Positions 47,211-56,519 of a DNA stretch of 64,000 nucleotides are shown in pieces. The DNA is from Acidobacteriota bacterium (GTDB lineage Bacteria > Acidobacteriota > UBA6911 > RPQK01 > JAJDTT01): assembly GCA_965217775.1 (NCBI GenBank), contig CBDCJH010000002.1, positions 5,856,001-5,920,000 on the forward strand. The letters run 5' to 3'. A model generated the notes under the pieces. It was not told where the DNA came from, made no database searches, and saw nothing but the letters and a program-made list of their open reading frames with translations. The first letter of the stretch is position 1; every line of letters starts with the position of its first letter. A program made the position numbers and the translations under genes.

Positions 47211-48722
47211 ATGATCATTTCCTTCGTCCTCTATCTGGTGATCCTGCTGGGGCTGGGCCTCTACGCGGCCCGCTTCATCAAGAGCCTGAAGGGGTTCCTG
47301 TTGGCCGACCGCTCCATGGGACCCTACGTCACCGCACTGTCCGCCGAAGCCTCCGCCATGAGCGGCTGGTTGCTGATCGCCGTCCCCGCCCGCGCGTTCA
47401 CCTACGGACTCTCCGCCATCTGGGTGGGAATGGCCTGTGTCATGGGGGACGCGGTGAGTTGGTTGTCCGTCTCCAAGCGTTTGCGGCGGCAGACGGAGCG
47501 GCTCCGGGCCCTGACCTTGCCCGAGTACCTGGAGAAGAGATTCCCCAAGGAAGGCGGCTACGCCGTGCAGCTGGTGGCCACCTCCGGAATCATGGTCTTC
47601 ATGCTGATCTATCTCTGGGCCCAATTCGTGGCCGCGGGAAAAGCCATGTCGGCCATTTTGGATTACGTTGACTACTCGGAAGCCACGCTGCTGGCTGCCG
47701 TCATCATCGTCGTGTACACCCTGATGGGAGGGTTCCGGGCCGTCGCCTGGACCGACTTCCTCCAGGGCTTCATGATGTTGTTCGCCCTCACGGCGTTGCC
47801 CCTGATCTGCCTGGCGAACGTGGGTGGATGGAACGCGCTCATGGGACACCTTTCCCAGGTCTCCTCCGAGATGCCGGGGACTGCCAGCGCGAACCTGGAT
47901 CACTGGTTCGCCGGGCTGACGGGACTGGTGCTGTTCACCTTTCTTTTCGAGGACGCCGGAGTGGGGGTCGGCTACGTGGGTCAACCTCAAATCTGCTCCC
48001 GCTACATGGCTGTCCGGAAGGTTTCCGACCTGAAGACAGCCTGCATGGTGTCCGTCTGCTGGAACCTCCTGGCCGTATCGGGAGCCGTGCTTCTGGGGCT
48101 GACCGCCCATTACTGGTATCGATTCGCGGCCGGGGCCGGCGGAACGGTGGAGTCCAGGCTGGATTCCGCCCTGGTCTTCAACGTGGAGCAGGTGCTGCCC
48201 ATGATGGCTCGCGAGGTTCTGGACCCTTGGGTCGCCGGAATTCTGGTCTCGGCCATGCTGGCTGCCATCATGTCCTCCGCCGACAGCTTTCTGCTTTCCG
48301 CCGCCAGCTCCATGACGCGGGACGTCTACCAGCGCATCTTCCGGCAACAGGCCTCGGAACGGGAACTGCTCAAGACGTCGAGAGTGGTGACCATCGTGCT
48401 GGGAACGGGAGCTTTGCTGCTGGCCCTCTCGACCGATCCCTGGGATCCTGAGGCCACCGTTTATCAGTTGGTCCTGTACGCTTGGGGCGGACTCTCCGCT
48501 TGCTTCACCGCCCCCCTCGTATTGGCCCTCTTCTACCGGAAAATGACGCGAGCGGGATGTCTGGCAGGGATCCTGACCGGCGCCGGGACCAGCTTGGTCT
48601 GGCGCAATGTCGAGGTCCTCTCCTCGGTCGCCTACGAATTGATCCCGTCGGTGATCATCTCGGGCTTTTCCATTTGGTTGATCTCCCGGCTGACCGGCGA
48701 AGGAGACCCCGAGAAACACTGA
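47211..48722 (+). CDS. putP: Sodium/proline symporter (SSS family)
   Basis: ALSAEASAMSGWLL, GGFRAVAWTDFLQG, GYVGQPQI, AAIMSSADS, YAWGGL. Confidence 0.8.
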   Translation: MIISFVLYLVILLGLGLYAARFIKSLKGFLLADRSMGPYVTALSAEASAMSGWLLIAVPARAFTYGLSAIWVGMACVMGDAVSWLSVSKRLRRQTERLRALTLPEYLEKRFPKEGGYAVQLVATSGIMVFMLIYLWAQFVAAGKAMSAILDYVDYSEATLLAAVIIVVYTLMGGFRAVAWTDFLQGFMMLFALTALPLICLANVGGWNALMGHLSQVSSEMPGTASANLDHWFAGLTGLVLFTFLFEDAGVGVGYVGQPQICSRYMAVRKVSDLKTACMVSVCWNLLAVSGAVLLGLTAHYWYRFAAGAGGTVESRLDSALVFNVEQVLPMMAREVLDPWVAGILVSAMLAAIMSSADSFLLSAASSMTRDVYQRIFRQQASERELLKTSRVVTIVLGTGALLLALSTDPWDPEATVYQLVLYAWGGLSACFTAPLVLALFYRKMTRAGCLAGILTGAGTSLVWRNVEVLSSVAYELIPSVIISGFSIWLISRLTGEGDPEKH

Positions 48723-48728
48723 AGAAAA

Positions 48729-49646
48729 CTACGCCGATTCTTCGACCCGGGCACCGTGGGGGTCCAGATCCAGGACCCGGTATTGAGCGCGGGTCCCGGC
48801 CACCGCCAGAGTCCGGACCATCCAGGTGCCGATCTCCGCTTCCCGGCCGGCGGCCAGGGCGATTACGGTAGAACCCGAACCGCTGATGAAGGTGCCCAAG
48901 AGCGAGGCGCTCCAGTCGCGATCCGGGGGAGGTCCCGCGAGCACCTCCTCCAGTCCCGGGACCAGGCTCGCCCGGTAAGACTGGTGGAGACGATCCAACG
49001 TCGCCTCCCGCAGGAGATGGGCCTCGCCGGTGTGAAGCGCGTGCACCAGCAGTGATGAGCGCTGGATGTTGAACACGGCGGTGGCCAGATCATAGGACCG
49101 CGGCAGGATGGCGCGGGCTTCGGGTGTGGAGATGGCCTGGTCCGGGACGGCCACGACGAAACGGCAGCGCAGGGCGGAACGCAACCGCAGGGAGCGGACC
49201 CGGGATCCGGAGGTCCAGGAAAGGGCCCATCCGCCCAGCAGGCTGGCGGCCAGATTATCGGGATGGCCTTCCAGGGGATAGGCGATCCGGAGGGCGTCGT
49301 CGTTGGAAAAGCGCTCACCGGTGATCTGCTCGGCGATCTTGATCCCCGCGATAATGGCGGCGCCGCTGCTGCCCAGCCCGCGGGTGAGGGGGATGGGGTT
49401 GTCGATGCCGAGGCGAATCCCGGGCACCTCGACGCCCAGGGTGGAGAAGGCGACCCGCAGGGACCGGTCCAGGACGTTTTCCTCCAGGGGCAGGCTCCAA
49501 TCCGGAGGCCATTCCAGTCCGCCGCCTTCGATGGGTTCCACGCCGAGGGTCAGGTAGAGGCTCAGGGCTGCCGAGAGGGTATCGAACCCGGGTCCCAGGT
49601 TACTGGTGCTGGCCGGGACGCGGACCTGGAATGGCTCCCAGCTCAT
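48729..49646 (-). CDS. thrB: Homoserine kinase
   Basis: VPASTSNLGPGFD, PLTRGLGSSGAA, EGHPDN, SGSG. Confidence 0.93.
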   Translation of the reverse strand: MSWEPFQVRVPASTSNLGPGFDTLSAALSLYLTLGVEPIEGGGLEWPPDWSLPLEENVLDRSLRVAFSTLGVEVPGIRLGIDNPIPLTRGLGSSGAAIIAGIKIAEQITGERFSNDDALRIAYPLEGHPDNLAASLLGGWALSWTSGSRVRSLRLRSALRCRFVVAVPDQAISTPEARAILPRSYDLATAVFNIQRSSLLVHALHTGEAHLLREATLDRLHQSYRASLVPGLEEVLAGPPPDRDWSASLLGTFISGSGSTVIALAAGREAEIGTWMVRTLAVAGTRAQYRVLDLDPHGARVEESA

Positions 49647-49655
49647 CCGGCTTTC

Positions 49656-49897
49656 GCCCGCATTTCTCCCCAGGGGGCGTGACGATCGCGCAGGATTTTC
49701 GCCCTCAGCGCGTGCTCGCGACCGAGAGCGTAGTGGTGACTACGTTTGAGGGAGCATGTGCGCGCTGAGGGCGAAAAGACCAGCGAGCGCGCGCCCAGCG
49801 CAGTCGGTCCCGGAGAAACCTTGGAAAAATTCGCGTAAATGCTCAAAAACAGATTATTTTTCATCATTCGCGTAGCGACCTGGTGAGAAATGCGGGC
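49656..49897. mobile_element. MITE-like palindromic element (~240 bp)
   Basis: TIR GCCCGCATTTCTC / GAGAAATGCGGGC; internal arms TTTTCGCCCTCAGCGCG...CGCGCTGAGGGCGAAAA around CGTAGTggtgACTACG. Confidence 0.6.
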
Positions 49898-51350
49898 TAG
49901 CCAGATCCTGCGGGTGGCTCCGGACCAGTTCCAGCATGGCGTCCCGGTCCGGCTCCCGGCCCGTCCAGGCCGAGAACTGGAGCGCCGCCTGCTCTACGAA
50001 CATCTCCATTCCCGAGATGGTTCCAATGCCCTGACCAGCCGCCAACTTCAGGAGCTTCGTCTCCTCCGGCTGGTAGACCAGATCGTAGACCCATTCGAAA
50101 CGCAGGTCCGGCTCTGCCAGCAGCGAGGCGTCCACGTCGGGGGACTGGCCCACCGGAGTGGTGTTGACGCAGAGAAAAGCGGAATCGGGAAGTTCCGGGA
50201 GCAAGGTATGGGCACAGGCGTATCGGCTTGCGAACCGCGCAACCCGCTCCGGACTGCGTCCGGCTACCGTCACCCGCGCTCCGTGGCCGATCAAGGCCTC
50301 CATCACCGTGTGAGCGACGCCGCCGTTTCCCAAGACCAGAGCATCCTTTCCTCGAATGGGTGTCCTGGAGAGAAGTGGCTGCAGGAACCCGCGATAGTCC
50401 GTGTTCAATCCCTCCCACCGGCCGGCTTTGCGCACCAGCGTGTTGATGGCGGGCGCCGCGGCCGTGTCCCGGGAAACCAGGGCGGCGGCATCCTGCTTGA
50501 ACGGCAGCGTCACACTGAACCCCTTGAAGGAAAGACGGCTGCTTTCCAGGTAGCGGAACCACGGCTCCAGCTCGTCCAGCCGGATCGGGAGATAGAGCCG
50601 GCGGTCGAGATCGTGTCGCCTGAAGAGCTGATTATGGATCCAGGGAGATCTGGAGTGAGCCACCGGATTCCCCAGAACAGCGTACAGCTCGGGGGCCTGA
50701 TTCCAGGAATCGAGCCGGTAGAGATCCACCGCGGTTTCCAGGCTGAATTGACCTGGGGCCGTTCCCTCGCCCTCTTCCTCCGCCACGAAAGTCCAGGCGT
50801 TCCCCAGGAACGCCCCCAAAGCCCGGGAGGGCTGGCCGAAGTCCCCCATGCCCAGCAGCACGTATGCTGCCCCCTGGGGGACCGATTCCATCCAGCTCAA
50901 CAGGGTCACCAACTCCCGGGTGGAAGAGACCATCACGGCGATCTTGACCACATCGCCCTTCAAGGCGTCGAGTCTGGCGTAGAGCCGGTTCAGATCTCCG
51001 GGAAAGGTGTCGAAGGAGTGGAAAGAACGGATCAGTCGTGTCGTGTCGGGGAAGGGCGGGAGTTCCCGGACGTCATGTTCGACGTCCACCCAATGGAATC
51101 CGCTCCTTGCGGCCTCCAAGAGCAGGTTCAATCGATCCGCTTCCGGACCGGCATAACTCCCCCCCTCGCGCGGGGGGCGGCAAGTGGCGATGAACTCGGT
51201 CCGGGTTCCGGCCGGCAGGGGTGGGACTTGAGGTGTGGAAAGGCTATCCAGACGGCATTCGATGAGAGCCACCCGGCCCGCATATCGATGAACCTTTTCC
51301 AGCAGGCGCGACGGCGATTCCTCGCCCAGGGCGAGACAGAGTTTGGGCAT
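49854..51350 (-). CDS. aroE: Bifunctional type I 3-dehydroquinate dehydratase / shikimate dehydrogenase
   Basis: ECRLD, ATCR..EGG, SFH, VKIA, APGQ; then GNPVAHSRSP, SVTLPFK, NTD, LGNGG, NTTPVG, QAALQF. Confidence 0.9.
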   Translation of the reverse strand: MPKLCLALGEESPSRLLEKVHRYAGRVALIECRLDSLSTPQVPPLPAGTRTEFIATCRPPREGGSYAGPEADRLNLLLEAARSGFHWVDVEHDVRELPPFPDTTRLIRSFHSFDTFPGDLNRLYARLDALKGDVVKIAVMVSSTRELVTLLSWMESVPQGAAYVLLGMGDFGQPSRALGAFLGNAWTFVAEEEGEGTAPGQFSLETAVDLYRLDSWNQAPELYAVLGNPVAHSRSPWIHNQLFRRHDLDRRLYLPIRLDELEPWFRYLESSRLSFKGFSVTLPFKQDAAALVSRDTAAAPAINTLVRKAGRWEGLNTDYRGFLQPLLSRTPIRGKDALVLGNGGVAHTVMEALIGHGARVTVAGRSPERVARFASRYACAHTLLPELPDSAFLCVNTTPVGQSPDVDASLLAEPDLRFEWVYDLVYQPEETKLLKLAAGQGIGTISGMEMFVEQAALQFSAWTGREPDRDAMLELVRSHPQDLASPHFSPGRYANDEK

Positions 51351-51358
51351 GGGCGTCT

Positions 51359-51522
51359 AACAGTCCGTGGTGAAAGTCGCGCGTAGCACCGAGACCGGGG
51401 CTGCGCCCGCCGGACAAGGCGCGGTGAGGGAGCATATTCGACCATATGTGACCGAGGCGCAACGCAGTCCGCCGGGATGCAGACTCGGTCGAATGCCGCG
51501 ACGACTTTTGCCACGGGCTGTC
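51359..51522. mobile_element. MITE-like element, ~160 bp (copy A)
   Basis: TIR ACAGTCCGTGGTGAAAGTCG / CGACTTTTGCCACGGGCTGT; core CAAGGCGC...GAGCATA...GTGACCGA...CGCAACGCAG shared with copy B. Confidence 0.7.
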
Positions 51523-51526
51523 AGGT

Positions 51527-52093
51527 TCACCCGTTCACGACCGAACCAGGGTCGGCGCCGCCGTCGATTCGGCCCCAGAACCTGCGGAAGTATTCGACCA
51601 TGGAAGCGCAGGCCAGAAACACGACTACCCACAACAGGATTTCTCCGGCGCTCGCCAGCCCGGCGGAACCCCGCTGTCCCAGAATCAGGCAGCTCACGCA
51701 CAGGACCTGGGTCGCCATCTTGGCCTTCCCCAATCGGGAAGCGTCGATGGTGACTCCCTGTGCCGAGGCGATGCTTCTGAGTCCGGTTACGGCAAGCTCG
51801 CGGCCGATGACCAGGATCACCATCCAGGCGGGAGCCACCCCCCACTCCACCAGTGCGACCAGGGCCGCCGATATGAGCACTTTGTCCGCCACCGGATCCA
51901 GGAGCTTGCCCAGCGTGGTCACCTGCAGCCGTTTACGCGCAAGGTAGCCGTCGAAATAGTCGGTTGCCGAGGCGGCAAGGAACACGATGAATCCCCACAA
52001 TTCCCGATCCTTGAACTTCCCCGTCAGCAACACCACGAGAAGCAGCGGGACCAGGAAAATTCGCGAAACCGTAAGGGCGTTCGGCAGGTTCAT
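51527..52093 (-). CDS. pgsA: CDP-diacylglycerol--glycerol-3-phosphate 3-phosphatidyltransferase
   Basis: MNLPNALTVSR, TDYFDGYLARK...TTLGKLLDPVADK, GRELAVTGLR. Confidence 0.95.
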   Translation of the reverse strand: MNLPNALTVSRIFLVPLLLVVLLTGKFKDRELWGFIVFLAASATDYFDGYLARKRLQVTTLGKLLDPVADKVLISAALVALVEWGVAPAWMVILVIGRELAVTGLRSIASAQGVTIDASRLGKAKMATQVLCVSCLILGQRGSAGLASAGEILLWVVVFLACASMVEYFRRFWGRIDGGADPGSVVNG

Positions 52094-52166
52094 GGGTGGT
52101 TAAAGTAACACAATCTCCGAAAGAGTCACAAACGATTCCAAGGGGCTCCGAGCCCACTTCCCCCCA

Positions 52167-52330
52167 GTAGTCCGTGGTGGAAGTCGCGCGAGCACCGAGA
52201 CCGTTCCTGCGCCCGCCGGACAAGGCGCAACGGAGGGAGCATACCGAGAGTCTGTGACCGAGTCGCAACGCAGTTCGCGCACGATGCAGGGACGGTCGAA
52301 TGCCGAGCCCACTTCCCCCACGGGCTGCCA
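52167..52330. mobile_element. MITE-like element, ~160 bp (copy B)
   Basis: Colinear with copy A over its full length, in the same orientation. Confidence 0.7.
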
Positions 52331-52513
52331 GGTTCGACGATTCGCACTGGCGAATGGCGGGTCCGGACCGGCTGCACAGCCCGAGTAAGCGGAACTTGCG
52401 TCAAATATGAAACTTTTTCGGTTATCCGGAGTCTAAATTTCGTCTGAAGGGATTGACAAAAAGCGCAGGAATTCGTCAAATAGGCGGCCCGGAGTTTGGA
52501 GAGAGGTTCCGGA

Positions 52514-52984
52514 ATGACCCGAGTTGGAAAAGTTGTCCTTATTTTGTCCACTACGCTGGTGCTTGGCGTCTCCGCCGGGATCGGTCTGCTCTTGGATCCC
52601 GAATCGGGCGCGCTGCTCGGAGGTTTCCGGCGGGAATCGGGTTCCCCGCGGCAGTTTGTGGGACCGCGGGATTCCGGATATCGTGTCTTTGTCGCCACCG
52701 CCTACTGCATCAAGGGAGTGACCCGTTCCGGCGTGCGTGTCAAACGGGGGATCGTGGCGGCCGATCCGTCCAGAATTCCTCTGGGATCGGTGATCCAGGT
52801 GAGGGCCGGCAGCTACAGTGGGATCTACAGGGTTCTCGACACCGGTTCCGCGATCAAGGGCAGAATCATCGACATCTACGTTCCCGACTACAACGAGGCC
52901 ATGCGGTTCGGCAGACAACGGGTTCAGGTCCGGGTTCTGCGCCACGGCTGGGATCGGGAAATTCCCACGGATACGCTGAGCTAG
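52514..52984 (+). CDS. 3D-domain protein (cell-wall lytic transglycosylase-like)
   Basis: N-terminal TM/signal; ATAY, VAADP..IPLGS, DTGSAIKGRIIDIY. Confidence 0.9.
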   Translation: MTRVGKVVLILSTTLVLGVSAGIGLLLDPESGALLGGFRRESGSPRQFVGPRDSGYRVFVATAYCIKGVTRSGVRVKRGIVAADPSRIPLGSVIQVRAGSYSGIYRVLDTGSAIKGRIIDIYVPDYNEAMRFGRQRVQVRVLRHGWDREIPTDTLS

Positions 52985-53018
52985 CGATCCTCTCAACAAC
53001 CGGGTCCTTCCCGCCGGT

Positions 53019-53027
53019 TGCTATAAT
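53019..53027 (+). promoter_or_regulatory. Extended -10 box, probable leaderless uvrC promoter
   Basis: TGcTATAAT 8 nt before the ATG, no SD. Confidence 0.6.
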
Positions 53028-53035
53028 TCCGCTCG

Positions 53036-54856
53036 ATGAGTGAGGAGATTCTGGAGGCCCGGCTCGGGCACCTGCCCGACAAGTGCGGCGTCTACCTGTT
53101 CCGGGACGCCGAGCAGCGCATCATCTACATCGGTAAGGGCAAGAGCCTCAGGCACCGGGTGCGCTCCTACTTCCAATCCAGCCGGTCCTGGGACCAGAAG
53201 ACGGAAGTTCTGAAGCGTCAGATTCGGGATCTTGAGTTCATCGTCACCGATACCGAAGTGGAAGCCCTCATCCTGGAGAGCAACCTGGTCCGCAAACACA
53301 AGCCCAAGTTCAATGTGAACTTGAAGGACGATAAATCCTTCCTGCTGGTGAAGCTGACGGTGAACGAGGACTTCCCCAGGGTCCTGCTGACGCGGCGCAA
53401 GCTGCGAGACGGGGCCCTCTACTTCGGGCCCTTACTTCCGGCCTCTCTGGCCCGCAATACCATCAAGATCATCAATCGCCACTTTCTGCTCCGAACCTGC
53501 GACCTGGAGATCGACGGAAGTCTGGATCGACCCTGTCTCGAGTACTACATCAAACGCTGCCTGGGTCCGTGCGTAGCGGGTCTCTGCTCCCAGTCCCAGT
53601 ACACCGCGGCGGTCAGGGACGTGATCCTGCTGCTCGAGGGAAAGAACCAGGAATTGCTCCGGAATCTGACTCGCCGGATGCTCGCCGCCTCCGAGAAACT
53701 GCAGTTCGAGACGGCGGCCTTCTACCGGGATCGAATCCGCATGGTCCGGGAACTCAATGAGAAGCAGAAGATGATTCTGAGTGGGCCGTCAGACGTGGAC
53801 ATCTTCGCCTACTACCGGGAGGGGCCCCGATTGGCCCTCCAACTCTTCACCATGCGGAACGCCAGGATCGTCGGGAAACGGGAGTTCTACTGGGAGGACC
53901 TGGAGTATTTCCATCCCGCTCGTTTCCTGAGGGATGCTCTCCAGCAATACTACCTGAACTCCGGCTTCGTTCCCGCGGAGATCTATCTTCCCGCCGAGGC
54001 CGTGGACCAGGAACTGATCCGGACCTGGCTCGACAAACGGCGAACCATCGGACAACGGCGGCAGGTGCGCATTCTGGTGCCCCGGAGGGGGGACAAGCAC
54101 GACCTCCTGCTATTGGTCGAACGCAACGCCAAGGTGGCTTTCGAGCGCCGTTTCAAAGTTTTGAGGACGGCCCGATTGAAGGTCTTGGAGGAGCTCCGGA
54201 GTCTTCTGGCCCTGGAGGAGACTCCCGCTCGCATCGAGGCCTTCGATGTCTCCAACATCCAGGGAGAGGAGACGGTCGCCTCCATGGTGGTCTGTCTGGA
54301 GGGACGCATGGAGCATGGCGACTACCGGAAATACCGGATCAGGACGGTGTCCGGCCCCGACGACTATGCGGCCATGCGGGAGGCCGTCCGCCGGAGATAC
54401 CGGCGTCTGCTGGAAGAAAAACAGACCCTTCCCCATTTGATTCTCATCGACGGAGGCAAGGGACAATTGCACAGCGCGTATCAGGCGCTATCCGAGTTGG
54501 GGATCGAAGACACGCCCCTGATCAGCCTGGCAAAGCGGGAGGAGCACATCTTCGTCAAAGGGAGGGAGGATGCCCTCGTCCTGGACCGCGGCTCGCCCCT
54601 GTTGCATCTGGTCCAGGAGATCCGGGACGAAGCGCATCGTTTCGCGGTCAGCTACCATCGCAAGCGCCGCTCGATTCGGGATTTCGGCTCCGAGCTGGAC
54701 CGGATCCGCGGCATCGGCGAGAAACGCAAGAAGCGGCTGTTGCGCAACTTCGGCAGCGTCAATCGAATCCGGCGGGCCACCACCGAAGAGTTGGTCCCTT
54801 TCCTGGGAGAAAAGCTGGCCATCCGCGTCAAGGAGGGCCTGTCCGGATCAAGCTGA
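53036..54856 (+). CDS. uvrC: Excinuclease ABC subunit C
   Basis: GVYLF...YIGKGK GIY-YIG domain, CL.YYIKRCLGPC, RIEAFDVSN, LIDGGKGQL, RDEAHRFA, HhH. Confidence 0.97.
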   Translation: MSEEILEARLGHLPDKCGVYLFRDAEQRIIYIGKGKSLRHRVRSYFQSSRSWDQKTEVLKRQIRDLEFIVTDTEVEALILESNLVRKHKPKFNVNLKDDKSFLLVKLTVNEDFPRVLLTRRKLRDGALYFGPLLPASLARNTIKIINRHFLLRTCDLEIDGSLDRPCLEYYIKRCLGPCVAGLCSQSQYTAAVRDVILLLEGKNQELLRNLTRRMLAASEKLQFETAAFYRDRIRMVRELNEKQKMILSGPSDVDIFAYYREGPRLALQLFTMRNARIVGKREFYWEDLEYFHPARFLRDALQQYYLNSGFVPAEIYLPAEAVDQELIRTWLDKRRTIGQRRQVRILVPRRGDKHDLLLLVERNAKVAFERRFKVLRTARLKVLEELRSLLALEETPARIEAFDVSNIQGEETVASMVVCLEGRMEHGDYRKYRIRTVSGPDDYAAMREAVRRRYRRLLEEKQTLPHLILIDGGKGQLHSAYQALSELGIEDTPLISLAKREEHIFVKGREDALVLDRGSPLLHLVQEIRDEAHRFAVSYHRKRRSIRDFGSELDRIRGIGEKRKKRLLRNFGSVNRIRRATTEELVPFLGEKLAIRVKEGLSGSS

Positions 54857-55078
54857 GGGAGCGACGGCATTCCTGCCGCCGAACGGGAGCGGCGACACGG
54901 TCCAGCCACCGCCGTCCGGATCGCTCATGAGCGATCCGGACGGCCCTATTTAAACAGACAAGCGGCGGCTTTCTTGCCGCCGAACGCCAGAGCAACGGCC
55001 AAGTGATGCGGGAGCGGGCGAAGAACGGACGCCCAACGGAAGGTGGAGAAAGATGGGGACAGGAATGTCCCCTCTCCT
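54857..55078. repeat. REP-like cluster containing a perfect 34-bp palindrome
   Basis: GGAGCGACGGCATTCCTGCCGCC, GGCGGCTTTCTTGCCGCC, GGGGACAGGAATGTCCCCTCTCC; GCCGTCCGGATCGCTCATGAGCGATCCGGACGGC at 54911-54944. Confidence 0.7.
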
Positions 55079-55652
55079 ACCCGTACACGTGGGTGTTGTA
55101 GAAGGGGGCGAAAGCCGCGGTGAGAGCCAAGGCGTAGGACTGGTCCCGGTTGAGGAGCTCCTGGCTCAGGAGCATCCAGCCTTCCTGTCCGGATTGAAGC
55201 TGCCGAACTCGGCAGAATCGGTCGATGACGATCTCCAGCTCGATCCCTCGATCGATCACCGGATCGGCAATTCGAGATGGAACCGATATCCCGTTGCCGT
55301 GGCCGAAATAGCCGCTGTAACCGTCGGACACGTAGACCCAACTCTCCAGGACGACCTGCCGCCGAGCCCCCGAGGAAGCGATCACGTTGAATCCTTCCTC
55401 CAGCCCGACGTAGAAGTCGGCCTCGCTCCGCTCCCGCTTCAGCTGCATGGTGAGATGGTCCACACGACTCAGCACGCTCCAGGACAGGTCCGCCGAGGTC
55501 GTGGGGATCTTCGGAGCGTCGGTGGGGACGTCGTAACAGAGAAAGTCGACGCGATCATCGATCCCACGAGGCATCCGGTTCGCGAGCTGTTCCCAGATCT
55601 GCTTTACGGCATTCACCTTGGCGGGCCGAGTACTCCCAACGGCGACTCTCAT
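55077..55652 (-). CDS. yjjX: Inosine/xanthosine triphosphatase (DUF84 family)
   Basis: MRVAVGSTRPAKVNAV, ADFYVGLEEG, ALTAAFAPF. Confidence 0.75.
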   Translation of the reverse strand: MRVAVGSTRPAKVNAVKQIWEQLANRMPRGIDDRVDFLCYDVPTDAPKIPTTSADLSWSVLSRVDHLTMQLKRERSEADFYVGLEEGFNVIASSGARRQVVLESWVYVSDGYSGYFGHGNGISVPSRIADPVIDRGIELEIVIDRFCRVRQLQSGQEGWMLLSQELLNRDQSYALALTAAFAPFYNTHVYG

Positions 55653-55715
55653 CTCAATTCAGTCTAGCAGCCCATGGCGACTTTTTTCGATGCCGCATTC
55701 GATCCGTTTCATACC

Positions 55716-56519
55716 TCACCGGCCTCTTCCACTCCTCCTCTTGGGTGATGCGGACTGCAGCATTTCGAGTAAGTCATGGTGAATCCGGCCATTGCTGGCC
55801 AGGACCGTCCGTTCCTCCAATTGGAACGGCGAACCGTCCAGATTGTTGACCCTTCCTCCGGCCTCCTCCACCACCAACCAGCCGGCCGCCATGTCCCAGG
55901 GACTCAGGCTCAACTCCCAGTAACCGTCATAACGCCCACAGGCGACGTAGCAGAGATCGAGCGCAGCCGAGCCATCTCGACGCACCGCCTGGACCTTGCG
56001 GGACACCTGTGCGAACAGGTCCAGGTTCAACTCCATCTCCCGGTAATCGTAAGAGAAACCGGTGGCGAGAAAGCCGTTTCGCAGATCGGATTGTTCGGAC
56101 ACGCGGATCGACTTGCCGTTGAGTTGCGCGCCGCTGCCCGACGTCGCCGAAAAGAGCTCTTCCGCCACCGGATCGTAGACGACTCCCAACTGGATCCGGC
56201 CTTCGACCCGATAGGCCACGGAGACGCTGAAAAAGGGGTACCGGTGGGAATAGTTGGTGGTGCCGTCCAAGGGATCGATCACCCATTGCCGCTCGCCCGC
56301 TCCATGAACGCCTGATTCCTCGGCCAGAATGGAATCATGGGGGAAATGGCGCCGGATGGTGTCGATAATGGTCCTCTCGGCGGCGAGATCGGCGTCCGTC
56401 ACCAAGTTTCTGGGACCCTTGGCGGACACCTCCACGCCGGAGTCCAGGTATTCCAGCAGGACTCGGCCACCCTCCAGTGCGGCGTCCCTGGCCACCGCCA
56501 TGATTGCGCTCGTTTCCAT
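55716..56519 (-). CDS. suhB: Inositol monophosphatase family protein
   Basis: LVTDAD, AEES, WVIDPLDGTTNY, GSAALDLCYVACGR, WDMAAG. Confidence 0.92.
   Translation of the reverse strand: METSAIMAVARDAALEGGRVLLEYLDSGVEVSAKGPRNLVTDADLAAERTIIDTIRRHFPHDSILAEESGVHGAGERQWVIDPLDGTTNYSHRYPFFSVSVAYRVEGRIQLGVVYDPVAEELFSATSGSGAQLNGKSIRVSEQSDLRNGFLATGFSYDYREMELNLDLFAQVSRKVQAVRRDGSAALDLCYVACGRYDGYWELSLSPWDMAAGWLVVEEAGGRVNNLDGSPFQLEERTVLASNGRIHHDLLEMLQSASPKRRSGRGR

Noticed and set aside
52330-52513. c-di-AMP (ydaO) riboswitch expected upstream of a 3D-domain gene
   Set aside because: No recognisable consensus; only a TTGACA -35-like box at 52453
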